A stretch of DNA of 62,688 nt, the filler included. It is 6 parts of 6 records of this genome, joined end to end, with 100 filler letters (N's around TTAATTAATTAA, not from the genome) between each part and the next. Parts side by side here need not be neighbours in the genome. Positions count along the whole stretch, not along the records: positions 35,312 to 42,006 come from SRR20825019_360; positions 42,107 to 47,443 come from SRR20825019_363; positions 47,544 to 57,140 come from SRR20825019_364; 3 more parts are not named here. One strand, given 5' to 3'. The position numbers and the translations under genes were made by a program. The notes under the pieces were generated by a model. The model did no database searches and was not told where the DNA came from. It saw nothing but the letters and a program-made list of their open reading frames with translations. Every line of letters begins with the position of its first letter. Within the stretch, counting starts at the first letter, position 1. This document shows positions 40,942 to 51,451 of this stretch, piece by piece.

Positions 40942-42006
40942 TCATGGCTCCTCCCCTTCGCCCGCGTCGATTTCCCCCCTGAGAAGTCCAAGGGATGGTA
41001 GTGGTAGCTCCTCCTTGTACAGTAGTTGGCATAATCGATGGAACTTGGCAACTCGATTTTTGACTTCCGTCTCAGCCCATGCCCGGTTGGCCGCATCTTC
41101 ATCGAGGGGTACCTCATTACCATCAGCACCCTTCTGATCAGCAGTAGTAACAGTAGCTCCAACATTTTCAGCAGCAGCGGGGGTTTGAACGACAGAAGCT
41201 ATAGGCTGCTGTGCTGGGGCCTTCTTCTGTTCGTCTTCATTATCTTCGATTTGGTCACCAGCCAGCATGTTGGTAACTGCCGAGTAGAGGAACTCGGACA
41301 TCATACCCAAGCTCCACGAGAAGGCCGATACTGATGTGCCTGGTACCTGCAGGGGTCGCCTGGAGTGGGCCTGGAATTGGTGTATTTGTATAAACCTTGA
41401 GGCATCCTGATGCTTTCGCTTTTTGGAGAATGAACGACGAGATTTTGAGATTGTGGATTCTTGGAGCTGTGATGGTAGTCGTGGTGGTGGTGGAACTCTC
41501 GCAAACGCACCATAGTTATTGTTCTGTGAGCAAAACTGTGGTGCCGAAAATAGGCTGACAATGGACGGAAATCCGGTATCTGGATTAATTCGGTAAGCTT
41601 GGTATCCGGGGTCATTTTGGGAGTATTGATAACACCATGGCCGCCCCATCTGATTGGTTGCTTGTGAGAACCTATGCGAGGTGTAAGGATTTCCCCTTAT
41701 AACACACGTAAGACCGTTATCACGAAGAAAACGGCAAACTGCGTTGAAACTGTAAACATGGGATAAGCCACGTTCGAAGTTTGATGCGAACATTGCTAAG
41801 TGACCAAGTCGACGCTCATCATCGTCCCCCATGGGATCACTAAAGATGACCTCACATAGCTGATCGAAAGCATCCCCATCATCATCTCCCCCAATAGCCC
41901 TCCCAGTATCCAATATATTATTCTGCATCTCCTCTATAGTCCGCATACTGCTCGGAATACCCCCCGCAACACAGAAGTACCTCCCCTGTAAAATGGCCGC
42001 AATGGG
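40942..42006 (-). CDS. Calcineurin A-like PPP protein with degenerate catalytic motifs, 5'-truncated
   Basis: Frame is open to the contig edge (PIAAILQGRYFCVAGGIP); FSDP, N.ERG.S..YS..AVC.FL..N.L, DPGY..YR....GFPS...FSAP, FSWSL match calcineurin A. Confidence 0.75.
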   Translation of the reverse strand, partial: PIAAILQGRYFCVAGGIPSSMRTIEEMQNNILDTGRAIGGDDDGDAFDQLCEVIFSDPMGDDDERRLGHLAMFASNFERGLSHVYSFNAVCRFLRDNGLTCVIRGNPYTSHRFSQATNQMGRPWCYQYSQNDPGYQAYRINPDTGFPSIVSLFSAPQFCSQNNNYGAFARVPPPPRLPSQLQESTISKSRRSFSKKRKHQDASRFIQIHQFQAHSRRPLQVPGTSVSAFSWSLGMMSEFLYSAVTNMLAGDQIEDNEDEQKKAPAQQPIASVVQTPAAAENVGATVTTADQKGADGNEVPLDEDAANRAWAETEVKNRVAKFHRLCQLLYKEELPLPSLGLLRGEIDAGEGEEP

Positions 42007-42106
42007 NNNNNNNNNNNNNNNNNNNNNNNNNNNNNNNNNNNNNNNNNNNNTTAATTAATTAANNNNNNNNNNNNNNNNNNNNNNNNNNNNNNNNNNNNNN
42101 NNNNNN
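42007..42106. other. Artificial contig spacer
   Basis: N44-TTAATTAATTAA-N44. Confidence 0.98.
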
Positions 42107-43125
42107 CCCCCCCCCCCCCCCCCCCCCTCCCCGCCACCAGTCGCCTGCCCGACGTTAACAGTGCGCCACGGGGCGCCGGCCGGGCCGGGACCACCCGGGG
42201 CCTGATGTGCTACTCAGCACGAGACTGATAAGGAGGCCCCCCATCAGCCGGCACTGAGGCCTCCGCCGCCGGCGGCCGTGCCAGTGAGCGCGCGCCCGAG
42301 CCCGGACCCGCCTTGGGCGGCCGGGCTGGCGCAGTGAGTCACTCACTGGCCCGGCCGGGCCCCGGCGGGCGCCCGCGGCGCGCGGCCTCCTGCCCCGGCC
42401 TGACCCGCCCGCCCCTGGTGGAACTGATGCGCGCCGGGGCGGCCGGCGGTCTCGAGGCGGATCAGGCGGGTGTTTTGGCGTTCACAGCGGCCCGGGTATG
42501 TGGTGGCTGATTTGATTCCAGGCATGATCCTTGGGATGATGTCGTAACGTTTCCCCCCTCCAACCCTTTATATTCCCCTATGGGGGCTGTAGATATCTGT
42601 AGGGGTTAGCCTTTTATCTCCAGAACAAGATTGTGCCTGCCAACGCACGACCTACCGTACGGCTCCGGCTTACGGCGGCTCAGCCCCGGCTCGCGCCGGG
42701 CCGGTCTCGGCGGCCGCGCGTCCCTCGTACTAGTCAGTGCCGGCTCCCACTCGGGAGCGGCGTGCGGCCGCGGCGGGGCGGGTGGCGCCCCCGGCGCCGG
42801 TTACCAAAATTGGGTACACGGCCATCTCGGCGACCGCAGCAACGCGCCCGCCTCCGCGGAGGCCGGGGCCGGGGGCTCCAGTCCCGCCGCCGGCCCGCGA
42901 CCCGACCGTCCGGCCCGGCCCCGAGCGAGGCTTGCCTGCCCCCCTGGCCGGCGGCCACAGGCCCGACCCGGACGGCGGGCGCGGCCGGGCCGGGCGTCCC
43001 CCCGCCGCCTGACCGGGCCGACTGCTCAGTCGGGCCTGCGGAGAGACTCTCGGGACCTCGCGGGGGTGGCGACCATCACCAATCCTGACTAACTTTGCAG
43101 GACCGTGGCCCACAGCCGGTCAGGC
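42107..43125. other. Very GC-rich, highly self-complementary non-coding element beginning with C21 (repeat, mobile element end or structured RNA)
   Basis: Many nested inverted repeats, no credible ORF, composition unlike the adjacent genes. Confidence 0.5.
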
Positions 43126-43629
43126 ATCGCCGGATAGAGTGTATCCCGAACCCAAGGACCAATTCCCGCTCTCACTGTTTGGTTCCATGCACAATTGTTG
43201 TGATAAGTATTCCCCTCTCCAGTGGAATGGTCGAACCTGGAGACTCACCACAATGCCACCTCATGGGTTGGCTGCGGCCCCTGCCTTAAGGTCTGCCGGG
43301 CAGTCACTTGCTGCGCCATATGCAGCACCGTTTCGGGCGGAAGCTCGGTCAGAAACACTCCCTGATAGAAATGAAAGGTAGCGACCAGTCGAACTTTTGC
43401 GGGTTGGCCCTAATCTGTGACCAGGTCAAATGTCATATCATTTGCTCATAGAAAAACTTCGCTGCCAGGGAAAAAAGCAGCACTGGATGTCCATCAGTCC
43501 TCGGACTTGTTGCGTGGACTACTAAAGGGAAGAAGGCCGGGGAAGCGTGTCCACCACACCAGCGACCATGGCACCACGAACAGTCTGGTATTTTTCACAG
43601 ATGAATGTTGGATATTCCAAAACTTAACA

Positions 43630-45377
43630 GATGCAAAGGTACAGGACGAAACTGATTATTTTGAGGATGAAGAAGTGGCCCCCCCTGAGAAAGTCAAGTC
43701 CCTTTGCTCGCAGCACTCTGCCCTGGCAGACTATATAGAAAAGTCCATTGCTCGGTATAACAAGCAGCAAAAGGAAATCACCAAGTTGGCTCACATAGCG
43801 GAGAAAGCGCTTGAAGATGTAGAAACGAAGGAGACTACTATCAAAATGCTTCAAGACAGAGTATCCAAGTCCGAGATTGAGAACTCCTCTCAGTCCCGAG
43901 CCGAGTATCTTGACAAGAAAGTTAGCAAGCTTGAGAAGCAACTGACGGCAAGGTCTGACGACCTCAGTCGAGTGAAAAGTAAGATGAAAGAGCAAGAGGC
44001 CCTTGCCGCGCAGAAGGCTGCGTTTGAGGCCAAGGAACAGACTGCTGTAGAGAATATGATCAAGTTGCGCGAAAAGGTGCATGCTGCTGAGTCGAAGCGG
44101 CGCGAGGTAGAAGAGGCGGTAGGTGACTGTGGAGGTATTGCATTCTTGTAGGCTTATTGTTCGCCGTAGCTTTCTTTGAAGAATGACGAGGTCAAGAGGC
44201 TTGAAAAGGCTGTGATGGAATATCAGGATAAAGAGGCGAAGGCACGTGTGAAGGACCAGCGGATAGCAGACTTGACATCCAAATTGAGTGAGTTCAGATC
44301 TGCAAAGCAAGAATCCGACAAGAAGGATGAGGCCATTAGGAAATTAGGTGGGGTTTCCAATTTTCGTTGTAGAGTTTGAGCCTGATGCATGATTCAGAGG
44401 CACAACTTGGGCAGGCCGAGAAGCGGGTATTGGAAGAACAGGCCAAAAGTGCATTTAAGGTGAAGCAGGCCAAAGCAAAGGCGGAGGTATGACTCGAGGT
44501 TTGATGGAGTGGTGCGAGTGCTTAGTTGTTGATTACAGGCGATGGTGGAAGAGTTGAAGAATAACTCAGAAGAGGCACAAAAGGAACATCAGCAGGTTTG
44601 ACCCCTTGTTCTTTCAGAACGAATACTTCTAACATCATTTATAGACTGTAACACGTTTGAACTCAGCGGTTGGAGATCTTAAGTCATCGTTAGCAGAAGT
44701 CAAAGCTGCAATGGTTGCTACAGAGGCTGCCCTTTCTAGTAAGAGAGCAGAATTGGAGGAAAGCCATCGTGCGCTGGAGGAGCTGAAGGCTTCCACCGAA
44801 AAAAGAGAGCGGGATTTACTGCGGATGCGGGAAAAAGTCAAAGACGTATGAGAGGTTGCAATACATTCGGTGTGTTTTGACTAATGATTCTTCGTCTAGA
44901 TGGAGCAGTCCATTGCAAAGGAAGGGGAAAGAAGTGCAAAAACTGTTGTTAGGAAGGAAGAGAATGAAGAATCTGCGCCAGCGCTTTTGCGAGTTGCCCC
45001 CGAGGCGCCAAGAATTGCCTCTCCTCGGGCGAAGGACGCGGAGCAGAAAGTGCTAAAGAAGGAACTGGAATCACTGAAGAAGAAGGTGAGCTGATTGCTT
45101 GTTTGAAGTGTTTTGTTTCCTGAAATGGTTGTGTAATTTTCAGGTGAAAAAGGCCAATGAGCTGTTAGCGGCGAAGGAGGAGGAGAAGCGCGCCGAACTC
45201 AAAGGGCTGGAAAAGAAGGTCAAGGACACAAACAAGCAGCTTTCAGACTCATCCCAACAGATGAATCTTCTCCAAGATATGGTACTTTCGTCACAAAAGG
45301 ACCTTCGGACCAAAGATCAGAAAATATCTTCGCTGATGGCTCGGCTCGAGAAATTTGAGTCGGGACAGTCAAGATAG
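43630..45377 (+). CDS. Multi-exon coiled-coil protein (5' end uncertain)
   Basis: Frame is preserved across GT-AG introns 44119-44169, 44348-44397, 44487-44538, 44596-44644, 44846-44899 and 45086-45143; K/E-rich heptads. Confidence 0.75.
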
Positions 45378-45419
45378 GTCGATCATCCTGCAGTACACTA
45401 GTAATTTAACGCATCAGAG

Positions 45420-47261
45420 TCAGCTGTGAGTTCTTTCTTCATTCACTTTTCCATTCGAAAACTGTGTCCACGAAATTACTGAAATCCACATTGACATTAG
45501 CTCCACTTCGCTACAGTTGACGGCTGTCAGAGTCGCACCGGTTGTTGCCCCACACCCCCTCCCCACCTTTGCACCACACAATGCGGGCCCAACCCCTCCC
45601 GCCCGAGCTTCCACAGGATGTACGAGCTTGAAAGCCTTTACAGGGGGGCGCCTTACCAATGTCCGGTTTAGCGCAATGCACGCCTGGAATGCGAGACACT
45701 TACCCATCCGAACAATCAGTAATTCCAAGAATAAATCCCTCCTTCATAGCTTCGAATCCCTTCCACCCACTCCCAACAACAACGACCTGAGACTTGTTAC
45801 TAATGAGTGACACAAGCGCTTATGCAAGGTACCTGTACACATCCATCCGTGCCCGCAATCCTTGATGCGAAAGGCCTCACCATACCACCTAGCCATTTGC
45901 CTGGTAAAATCATAAGCACGAGTCTAGCTTAAAGAGGACAAACTAACCGCATTTAAAGAATATGTGCTTTGATATCTTGTCTCCATTCATTGCCCCTATT
46001 TCACTAGTTAGTGCATCTGCCAGTATGCCAATCAACTTATTGTCAATTATTGATACCATCAAACACTACTCGGGCAAATGATGCGATCCGATCTTTGGCA
46101 AAGGATTCGTAAAAGTGAGAGAGCATTCCATCGCGTTGGGGAACCTAGAAAGGGTATTAGTCGAAACTCAAATGTGGCTTGCGGAGACACGCCTCAAAAT
46201 GCTCCAACATGCGTTTGTGCAGCCACTCGACGTCTTCCTTTGTGAAGTTGCTCGTCTTGCCAGGTTTGTAATATCCATCTAGCGCTCGGAATATATACCT
46301 GTCACGGACCTAGGATCAAACAGTCGTCTAGGTACAAATATGATCACGGTACCTCAGGGCGCGTTGCGCAATATAGTATGCTAGAATGGGTGAGTAAGTT
46401 ATGGACATCCAAGTCAACATTGCCAGGCCATGAGACTTACCAGAGCCTTCATCACCAATCAGGTGCCCCCATCCTCCCAGCCGCTCCGTTTCGCCATTCT
46501 CTCCTACAAAGCAGCATATGGAGCCAGTCCCAGATATAAGTACAACACCAGCTATAGCCACAAGACAGTCATTCACTGCTCAAGGATATCAACAAGGAAA
46601 ACTGACGTTGATTCTGGGCGCAGTAGAGAGAGCCAACGGCGTCGTTAATGACCTCAATGTGGTGTGCCAGAGGAGGTGAGCTGCATCAAAACACTGTCGT
46701 TAGCGAGGGAAGTCTGATGTGGTATCGCATAATAGTTTACAGTGTCATGAGTTGATTGCGCATTTCCGATATCCCCTCGTCTGTGTCAATTCCACTCATT
46801 CCGAGGCACTGAAGTCCTTCCCGTCAGCGCTCTACTCCCACTCAGAAGCCGCCTAACTTACTAGACTATCCAGAGCGGTGGTTTCCTCAATCGATGCCTT
46901 TGACTTCACTTCCGCAATCAGCGTCTTAATCTCCAACGTTGATTTCTCTCTTCCAACAAGCTGTACCCACTGTAAGATGACGATTCTTGACCACATCGTG
47001 GATACACACCCAGGGATTTGTAGGTCCACCAACAGCTTTAGCCAACACTTTTCCTGTGAGAAAACAAACTCTGTGAACAACTAGAAATTTCCCGACGGAC
47101 TTTTCGATGTCTCTACCTTGGTTGTCAACAATCACAGCAGTGGTGTGCGTTGCTCCTCTGTCACACCAGTTCGATAAAATGCATATACTTGCACCACACA
47201 CACAAACTACCCACCCTTCTATACCAGCGTGAAACCTTGACTTCTCCATTTCCCCGAGCAT
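45420..47261 (-). CDS. Multi-exon N-acetylglucosamine kinase (BadF/BadG ATPase family); 3' end approximate
   Basis: Spliced translation gives [63 protein letters not shown]...KEGF. Confidence 0.82.
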
Positions 47262-47443
47262 GGTTACTCCTTACCTAGAGAACATGTTCTTCAAATAGCT
47301 GTCTTGCTGTGTCTAGCTAGCCAGTTGCTAAGTACTTTCAGAGGTAGGTTCCGAGAGTATGCGCCCTATTGATTGATCAATTGCCCGCCCGCCCCGTCAC
47401 GGTGGATGCGTGACGATGATGAATGAATTTATTGGTTTGAACC

Positions 47444-47543
47444 NNNNNNNNNNNNNNNNNNNNNNNNNNNNNNNNNNNNNNNNNNNNTTAATTAATTAAN
47501 NNNNNNNNNNNNNNNNNNNNNNNNNNNNNNNNNNNNNNNNNNN
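47444..47543. other. Artificial contig spacer
   Basis: N44-TTAATTAATTAA-N44. Confidence 0.98.
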
Positions 47544-47669
<126 letters not shown>

Positions 47670-48001
47670 TTTCACCGAGGCTACGCAATATAGTTGCGGA
47701 CACAACGTGAAATGAGTAACAAGATTTCGCGGCACATCAATTGCCGCGGAATCAAAGGCCGAACACATGTCGATCCGAACATCGCCAATCCGTCAGATCG
47801 ACACCTACGCCACACACTGCGTGGCAGGGATGCACAGATTTCCCCACGCATCCATGCAAATCCCAAAATTTGCCTTATCCCAGCGCATTTTATGCAATTA
47901 TCGCTCTGACAAACGCTTGTCATAACTTTCGCGATAAATGCATGGACGCCATTGGCGAACACACGCAAGAATAGAACAAAGCCCATAAGGAGGAATACAT
48001 C

Positions 48002-48724
48002 ATGGCCAGAGTTGCACTTGTTACCGGAGGATCGCGCGGAATTGGCGCGGCTATTTCGCAAGCGTTGAAAGATGCAGGCTATAGCGTCGCTGCAACATAT
48101 GCAGGAAACGACGAAGCTGCGGCGAAATTCACCGGTGAAACAGGCATCAAGACCTACAAATGGAACGTCGCCGACTATGACGAAAGCAAAGCGGGCATTG
48201 CGCAAGTCGAAGCCGACCTTGGCCCCGTTGACGTCGTTGTGGCCAACGCAGGCATCACACGCGACGCGCCGTTCCACAAGATGACCCCCGAACAGTGGCA
48301 CCAGGTCGTCGACACCAACCTGAATGGCGTGTTCAACACCGTGCATCCCGTCTGGCCGGGCATGCGCGAACGTAAGTTCGGCCGTATCATCGTGATCAGC
48401 TCGATCAACGGACAGAAGGGCCAGTTTGCCCAAGTCAACTATGCCGCGACCAAGGCGGGCGATCTGGGCATCGTGAAATCGCTGGCCCAGGAAGGCGCAC
48501 GTGCGGGTATCACTGCCAACGCCATCTGCCCCGGCTACATCGGCACTGACATGGTCATGGCCGTGCCTGAGAAAGTCCGCGAATCGATCATATCGCAGAT
48601 CCCCGCAGGCCGTCTGGGCGAGCCGGAAGAGATTGCACGCTGTGTCGTGTTTCTGGCGTCAGAGGATTCGGGCTTTATCAACGGTTCGACCATCTCGGCC
48701 AATGGTGGTCAGTTCTTCGTCTGA
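48002..48724 (+). CDS. phaB: Acetoacetyl-CoA reductase
   Basis: TGGSRGIG, NAGITRD, SSINGQKGQFAQVNYAATK; RBS AGGAGG. Confidence 0.95.
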   Translation: MARVALVTGGSRGIGAAISQALKDAGYSVAATYAGNDEAAAKFTGETGIKTYKWNVADYDESKAGIAQVEADLGPVDVVVANAGITRDAPFHKMTPEQWHQVVDTNLNGVFNTVHPVWPGMRERKFGRIIVISSINGQKGQFAQVNYAATKAGDLGIVKSLAQEGARAGITANAICPGYIGTDMVMAVPEKVRESIISQIPAGRLGEPEEIARCVVFLASEDSGFINGSTISANGGQFFV

Positions 48725-48744
48725 CCGACCTGCCCTTCAACATC

Positions 48745-48778
48745 CGGCGCGCCCACCGTGGCGCGCCGTTTTTGTTTT
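48745..48778 (+). terminator. Rho-independent terminator
   Basis: CGGCGCGCC-loop-GGCGCGCCG followed by TTTTTGTTTT. Confidence 0.75.
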
Positions 48779-48810
48779 CAAACTCTTGCAAAATAATCCT
48801 GCGGCAGGAC

Positions 48811-48825
48811 TAGACGACCAGTCTA
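48811..48825. promoter_or_regulatory. NemR-like TetR operator
   Basis: TAGAC-GACCA-GTCTA palindrome upstream of the TetR remnant. Confidence 0.6.
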
Positions 48826-48845
48826 ATAATGCCTAGCTGTCCCAC

Positions 48846-49150
48846 ATGACAGAGCCAACCAAATCAGAAAAGGCCCGCCAGCACATCCCGACCACAGGAC
48901 GTTGGCCGATCGCTTCAACGGAGACCCAAAAGGCCCCTTGCCTCCAGGGAGGGCTTTGGCTGCGCCATGCTTCGGGACTTTAATGTCGGACATCTGGCCC
49001 GCATCGACGCATTGTTCAGCGGCCCCCATACTGTGCGCGCATTGGCTGGGCACCGCGATTCTGCCCAAACTGTCACAAACCGACACCGCCCTGCGCGACG
49101 CGCTACGCGAAATCACGTGCAGGCCCTCAACCGAACCCTATGACACCTAA
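48846..49150 (+). pseudogene. Decayed NemR-like TetR regulator
   Basis: Fragments in three frames: MTEPTKSEKARQHI, GDPKG, ASREGFGCAMLRDF..HLARIDALF, HWLGTAILPKLSQ..ALRDAL; about half the normal length. Confidence 0.65.
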
Positions 49151-49160
49151 GGATTATATC

Positions 49161-50141
49161 ATGAAAGCTGCCATTCACGACACTTTTGGCGAACCCGTCG
49201 ACGTACTTGAACACAAAGCTGTCGACACCCCCACTCCAGCCGCGGGCGAGGTGCGGATCAAGACGGTGTTGTCGCCCATTCACAACCACGATCTGTGGAC
49301 CATCCGCGGAAACTACGGCTACAAACCCGCATTGCCTGGCGCAATTGGCGGGTCCGAAGCCATCGGTGCCATCGACGCAGTGGGCGATGGCGTGGACGAA
49401 AAAATGATCGGTCAGCGCGTGACCGTGGCCGGTGTACATGGCACGTGGGCCGAATATTTCATCGCCCCGTCAGCCGGTGTGCTGCCCCTGCCTGACGTGA
49501 TTTCGGACACCTTGGGGGCGCAGTTGATCGCCATGCCCTTCAGCGCCATTTCCCTGCTGGAGATGTTGCAGGCCAAGAAAGGCGACTGGATCGTGCAGAC
49601 CGCCGCCAACGGTGCCGTGGGCAAGATCATGGTCGTTCTGGCCAAGGCGCGCGGTATCAACCTGCTGAACCTTGTGCGCCGCGAGGACGCAGTGACCGAG
49701 CTGACCGACATGGGGATCGACAACGTATTGTCCACATCGGACAAGGATTGGAAGGCCAAGGCACAGACTTTGATCGGCAAGGCCGGCGCGGTTTCGGCCA
49801 TTGATTCCGTCGGTGGCGAACTGGCCACCGATCTGACTGACCTGCTGGGGGCCAACGGCGAACTGGTTGTCTTTGGCACCGCCACAGGCACGCCGCTGAC
49901 GCTGTCGTCGGGCACGCTGATCATGAAGCAGATCACGGTCAAGGGCTTCTGGGGCGCGAAAGTCAGCGCCGACATGGACCCCGGTCTGCGCACCCGGTTG
50001 ATCACCGAACTGGTGACACTGGCCGCCCAAGGCACGCTGACGCTGGAGGACGGCGGGATTTACGGGCTGGACCAACTGGCCGACGCGATGAATGCGGCGC
50101 TGACACCCGGTCGTGCGGGCAAGGTCATGCTGCGTCCCTAA
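49161..50141 (+). CDS. MDR-superfamily NAD(P)H quinone/enoyl reductase
   Basis: SPIHNHDL, GGSEA.G, AANGAVGK, GKVML. Confidence 0.88.
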   Translation: MKAAIHDTFGEPVDVLEHKAVDTPTPAAGEVRIKTVLSPIHNHDLWTIRGNYGYKPALPGAIGGSEAIGAIDAVGDGVDEKMIGQRVTVAGVHGTWAEYFIAPSAGVLPLPDVISDTLGAQLIAMPFSAISLLEMLQAKKGDWIVQTAANGAVGKIMVVLAKARGINLLNLVRREDAVTELTDMGIDNVLSTSDKDWKAKAQTLIGKAGAVSAIDSVGGELATDLTDLLGANGELVVFGTATGTPLTLSSGTLIMKQITVKGFWGAKVSADMDPGLRTRLITELVTLAAQGTLTLEDGGIYGLDQLADAMNAALTPGRAGKVMLRP

Positions 50142-50317
50142 ACGATGCGAGCAGACAGCGGGGCGGCTGTTTCAAGGCCGCCCCCGATCAAGGCTTTTGA
50201 GGACGAATCGAACCGGCAGCCCGCGCACGGGCGTCGCGTCCCGTGACGGGATACTTGCCCAGAGCTGCAAAACCGCGCATGTGAAAGACGCACAGTCCGT
50301 CTACCGAAGGCCTCCCT

Positions 50318-51178
50318 ATGACCCCTTTGCGCGCCACCGCCATCGGCTTTGTTGCCGTCCTGCTCTGGGCGCTTCTTGCGCTGTTGACCGTCGGATCGGC
50401 CCCGGTGCCGCCTTTGCAGTTGAACGCAATCTGTTTTGGCATCGGCGGTGCGCTGGGGCTGGTCTGGAGCGCTGCAACCGGCGGACTGCACCGGCTGAGC
50501 GCGGTGCCGCTGCGGGTCTATCTGTTCGGCACGCTTGGGTTGTTCGGCTATCATGCGCTGTATTTCTCGGCCCTGCGCCTGGCCCCCGCCGCCGAGGCCG
50601 GATTGATTGCCTATCTATGGCCGCTGCTGATCGTGGTGTTCTCGGGACTGTTGCCCGGCGAACGGCTGCGCGCGGGGCATATCGTGGGGGCCGTCACCGG
50701 TTTTCTGGGTGCAGCGCTGATCATCTCGGGGGGCAGCACCGGCTTTCAGGCGGCGTATTTGCCGGGGTACGGGCTGGCGCTGGTCTGTGCGCTGTTCTGG
50801 TCGGGCTATTCCATCGGCTCACGCCGGTTCGGCGCCATTCCCACCGACAGCGTTGCCGTATTCTGCATCGCCAGCGCGGTGCTGTCAGTGCCCCTGCATC
50901 TGGCGTTCGAGGTCACGCAATGGCCCGTGGGCGCCACTGGCTGGGCCAGCACAGTTGCACTGGGGCTTGGCCCCGTGGGGCTGGCATTTTACGTGTGGGA
51001 CATTGGTGTAAAACGTGGCGACATCCAGATGCTGGGAACGGCGTCTTATGCGGCCCCTTTGCTGTCGACACTGGTTCTGGTGATCGCGGGCGTCACCCAA
51101 GCCAGCTGGTCGCTGGCGGCGGCTGCCGTTCTGGTCACCGGCGGCGCTGTCATTGCAGCGCGCGCCAGCTTTCGCTGA
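50318..51178 (+). CDS. DMT/EamA transporter (YddG-like)
   Basis: About 10 TM helices, GLIAYLWPLLIV, WDIGVKRGD, YAAPLLST. Confidence 0.85.
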   Translation: MTPLRATAIGFVAVLLWALLALLTVGSAPVPPLQLNAICFGIGGALGLVWSAATGGLHRLSAVPLRVYLFGTLGLFGYHALYFSALRLAPAAEAGLIAYLWPLLIVVFSGLLPGERLRAGHIVGAVTGFLGAALIISGGSTGFQAAYLPGYGLALVCALFWSGYSIGSRRFGAIPTDSVAVFCIASAVLSVPLHLAFEVTQWPVGATGWASTVALGLGPVGLAFYVWDIGVKRGDIQMLGTASYAAPLLSTLVLVIAGVTQASWSLAAAAVLVTGGAVIAARASFR

Positions 51179-51186
51179 GGCTGTGG

Positions 51187-51351
51187 CTAGACAGACAGCC
51201 TGGTAATTTCTTCTTTCAGGCGGAGTTTTTGCTTTTTCAGCTCGGCCACTTTCAACGTGTCCGCACCGGGTGCGCGCAGTTCCTTTTCCACTGCGTTACT
51301 CAGGTTTTCGTGCTTCTTCTTCAACTCATTCAGGTGTGCGCTCAGGCTCAT
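51187..51351 (-). CDS. DUF465/YdcH family small coiled-coil protein
   Basis: MSLSAHLNELKKKH...LKKQKLRLKEEI; RBS GGAGG. Confidence 0.85.
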   Translation of the reverse strand: MSLSAHLNELKKKHENLSNAVEKELRAPGADTLKVAELKKQKLRLKEEITRLSV

Positions 51352-51451
51352 GCAATCCTCCATTCGTTCAAGTACAACCACAGCAGAGCATGATTTTACA
51401 TTTCTGTCACGCTGCATACGCATCATGAACTTGTGAACGGCTGACCACTGG

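Noticed and set aside
42202-42250. Hammerhead-like CTGAT-GTGCT/AGCAC-GAGA-CTGAT/ATCAG
   Set aside because: The core departs from CUGANGA and GAAA, and no NUH cleavage site or stem I closes it.
42560-42610. Telomere-like words (AACCCT, GGGGTTAG) suggesting a telomerase template or telomere
   Set aside because: Isolated short matches with no tandem array or full template.
42155-43113. Arg/Pro/Gly-rich ORFs in the GC-rich element
   Set aside because: Open in several frames on both strands because stop codons are rare; no domain recognised.
44164-44181. CCGTAGC... resembling a dinoflagellate/perkinsid spliced leader
   Set aside because: Only about 7 nt match, and it is explained as an intron 3' end plus exon start.
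47670-48001. Short ORFs between phaA and phaB
   Set aside because: No recognisable motif, RBS or codon bias; treated as intergenic.
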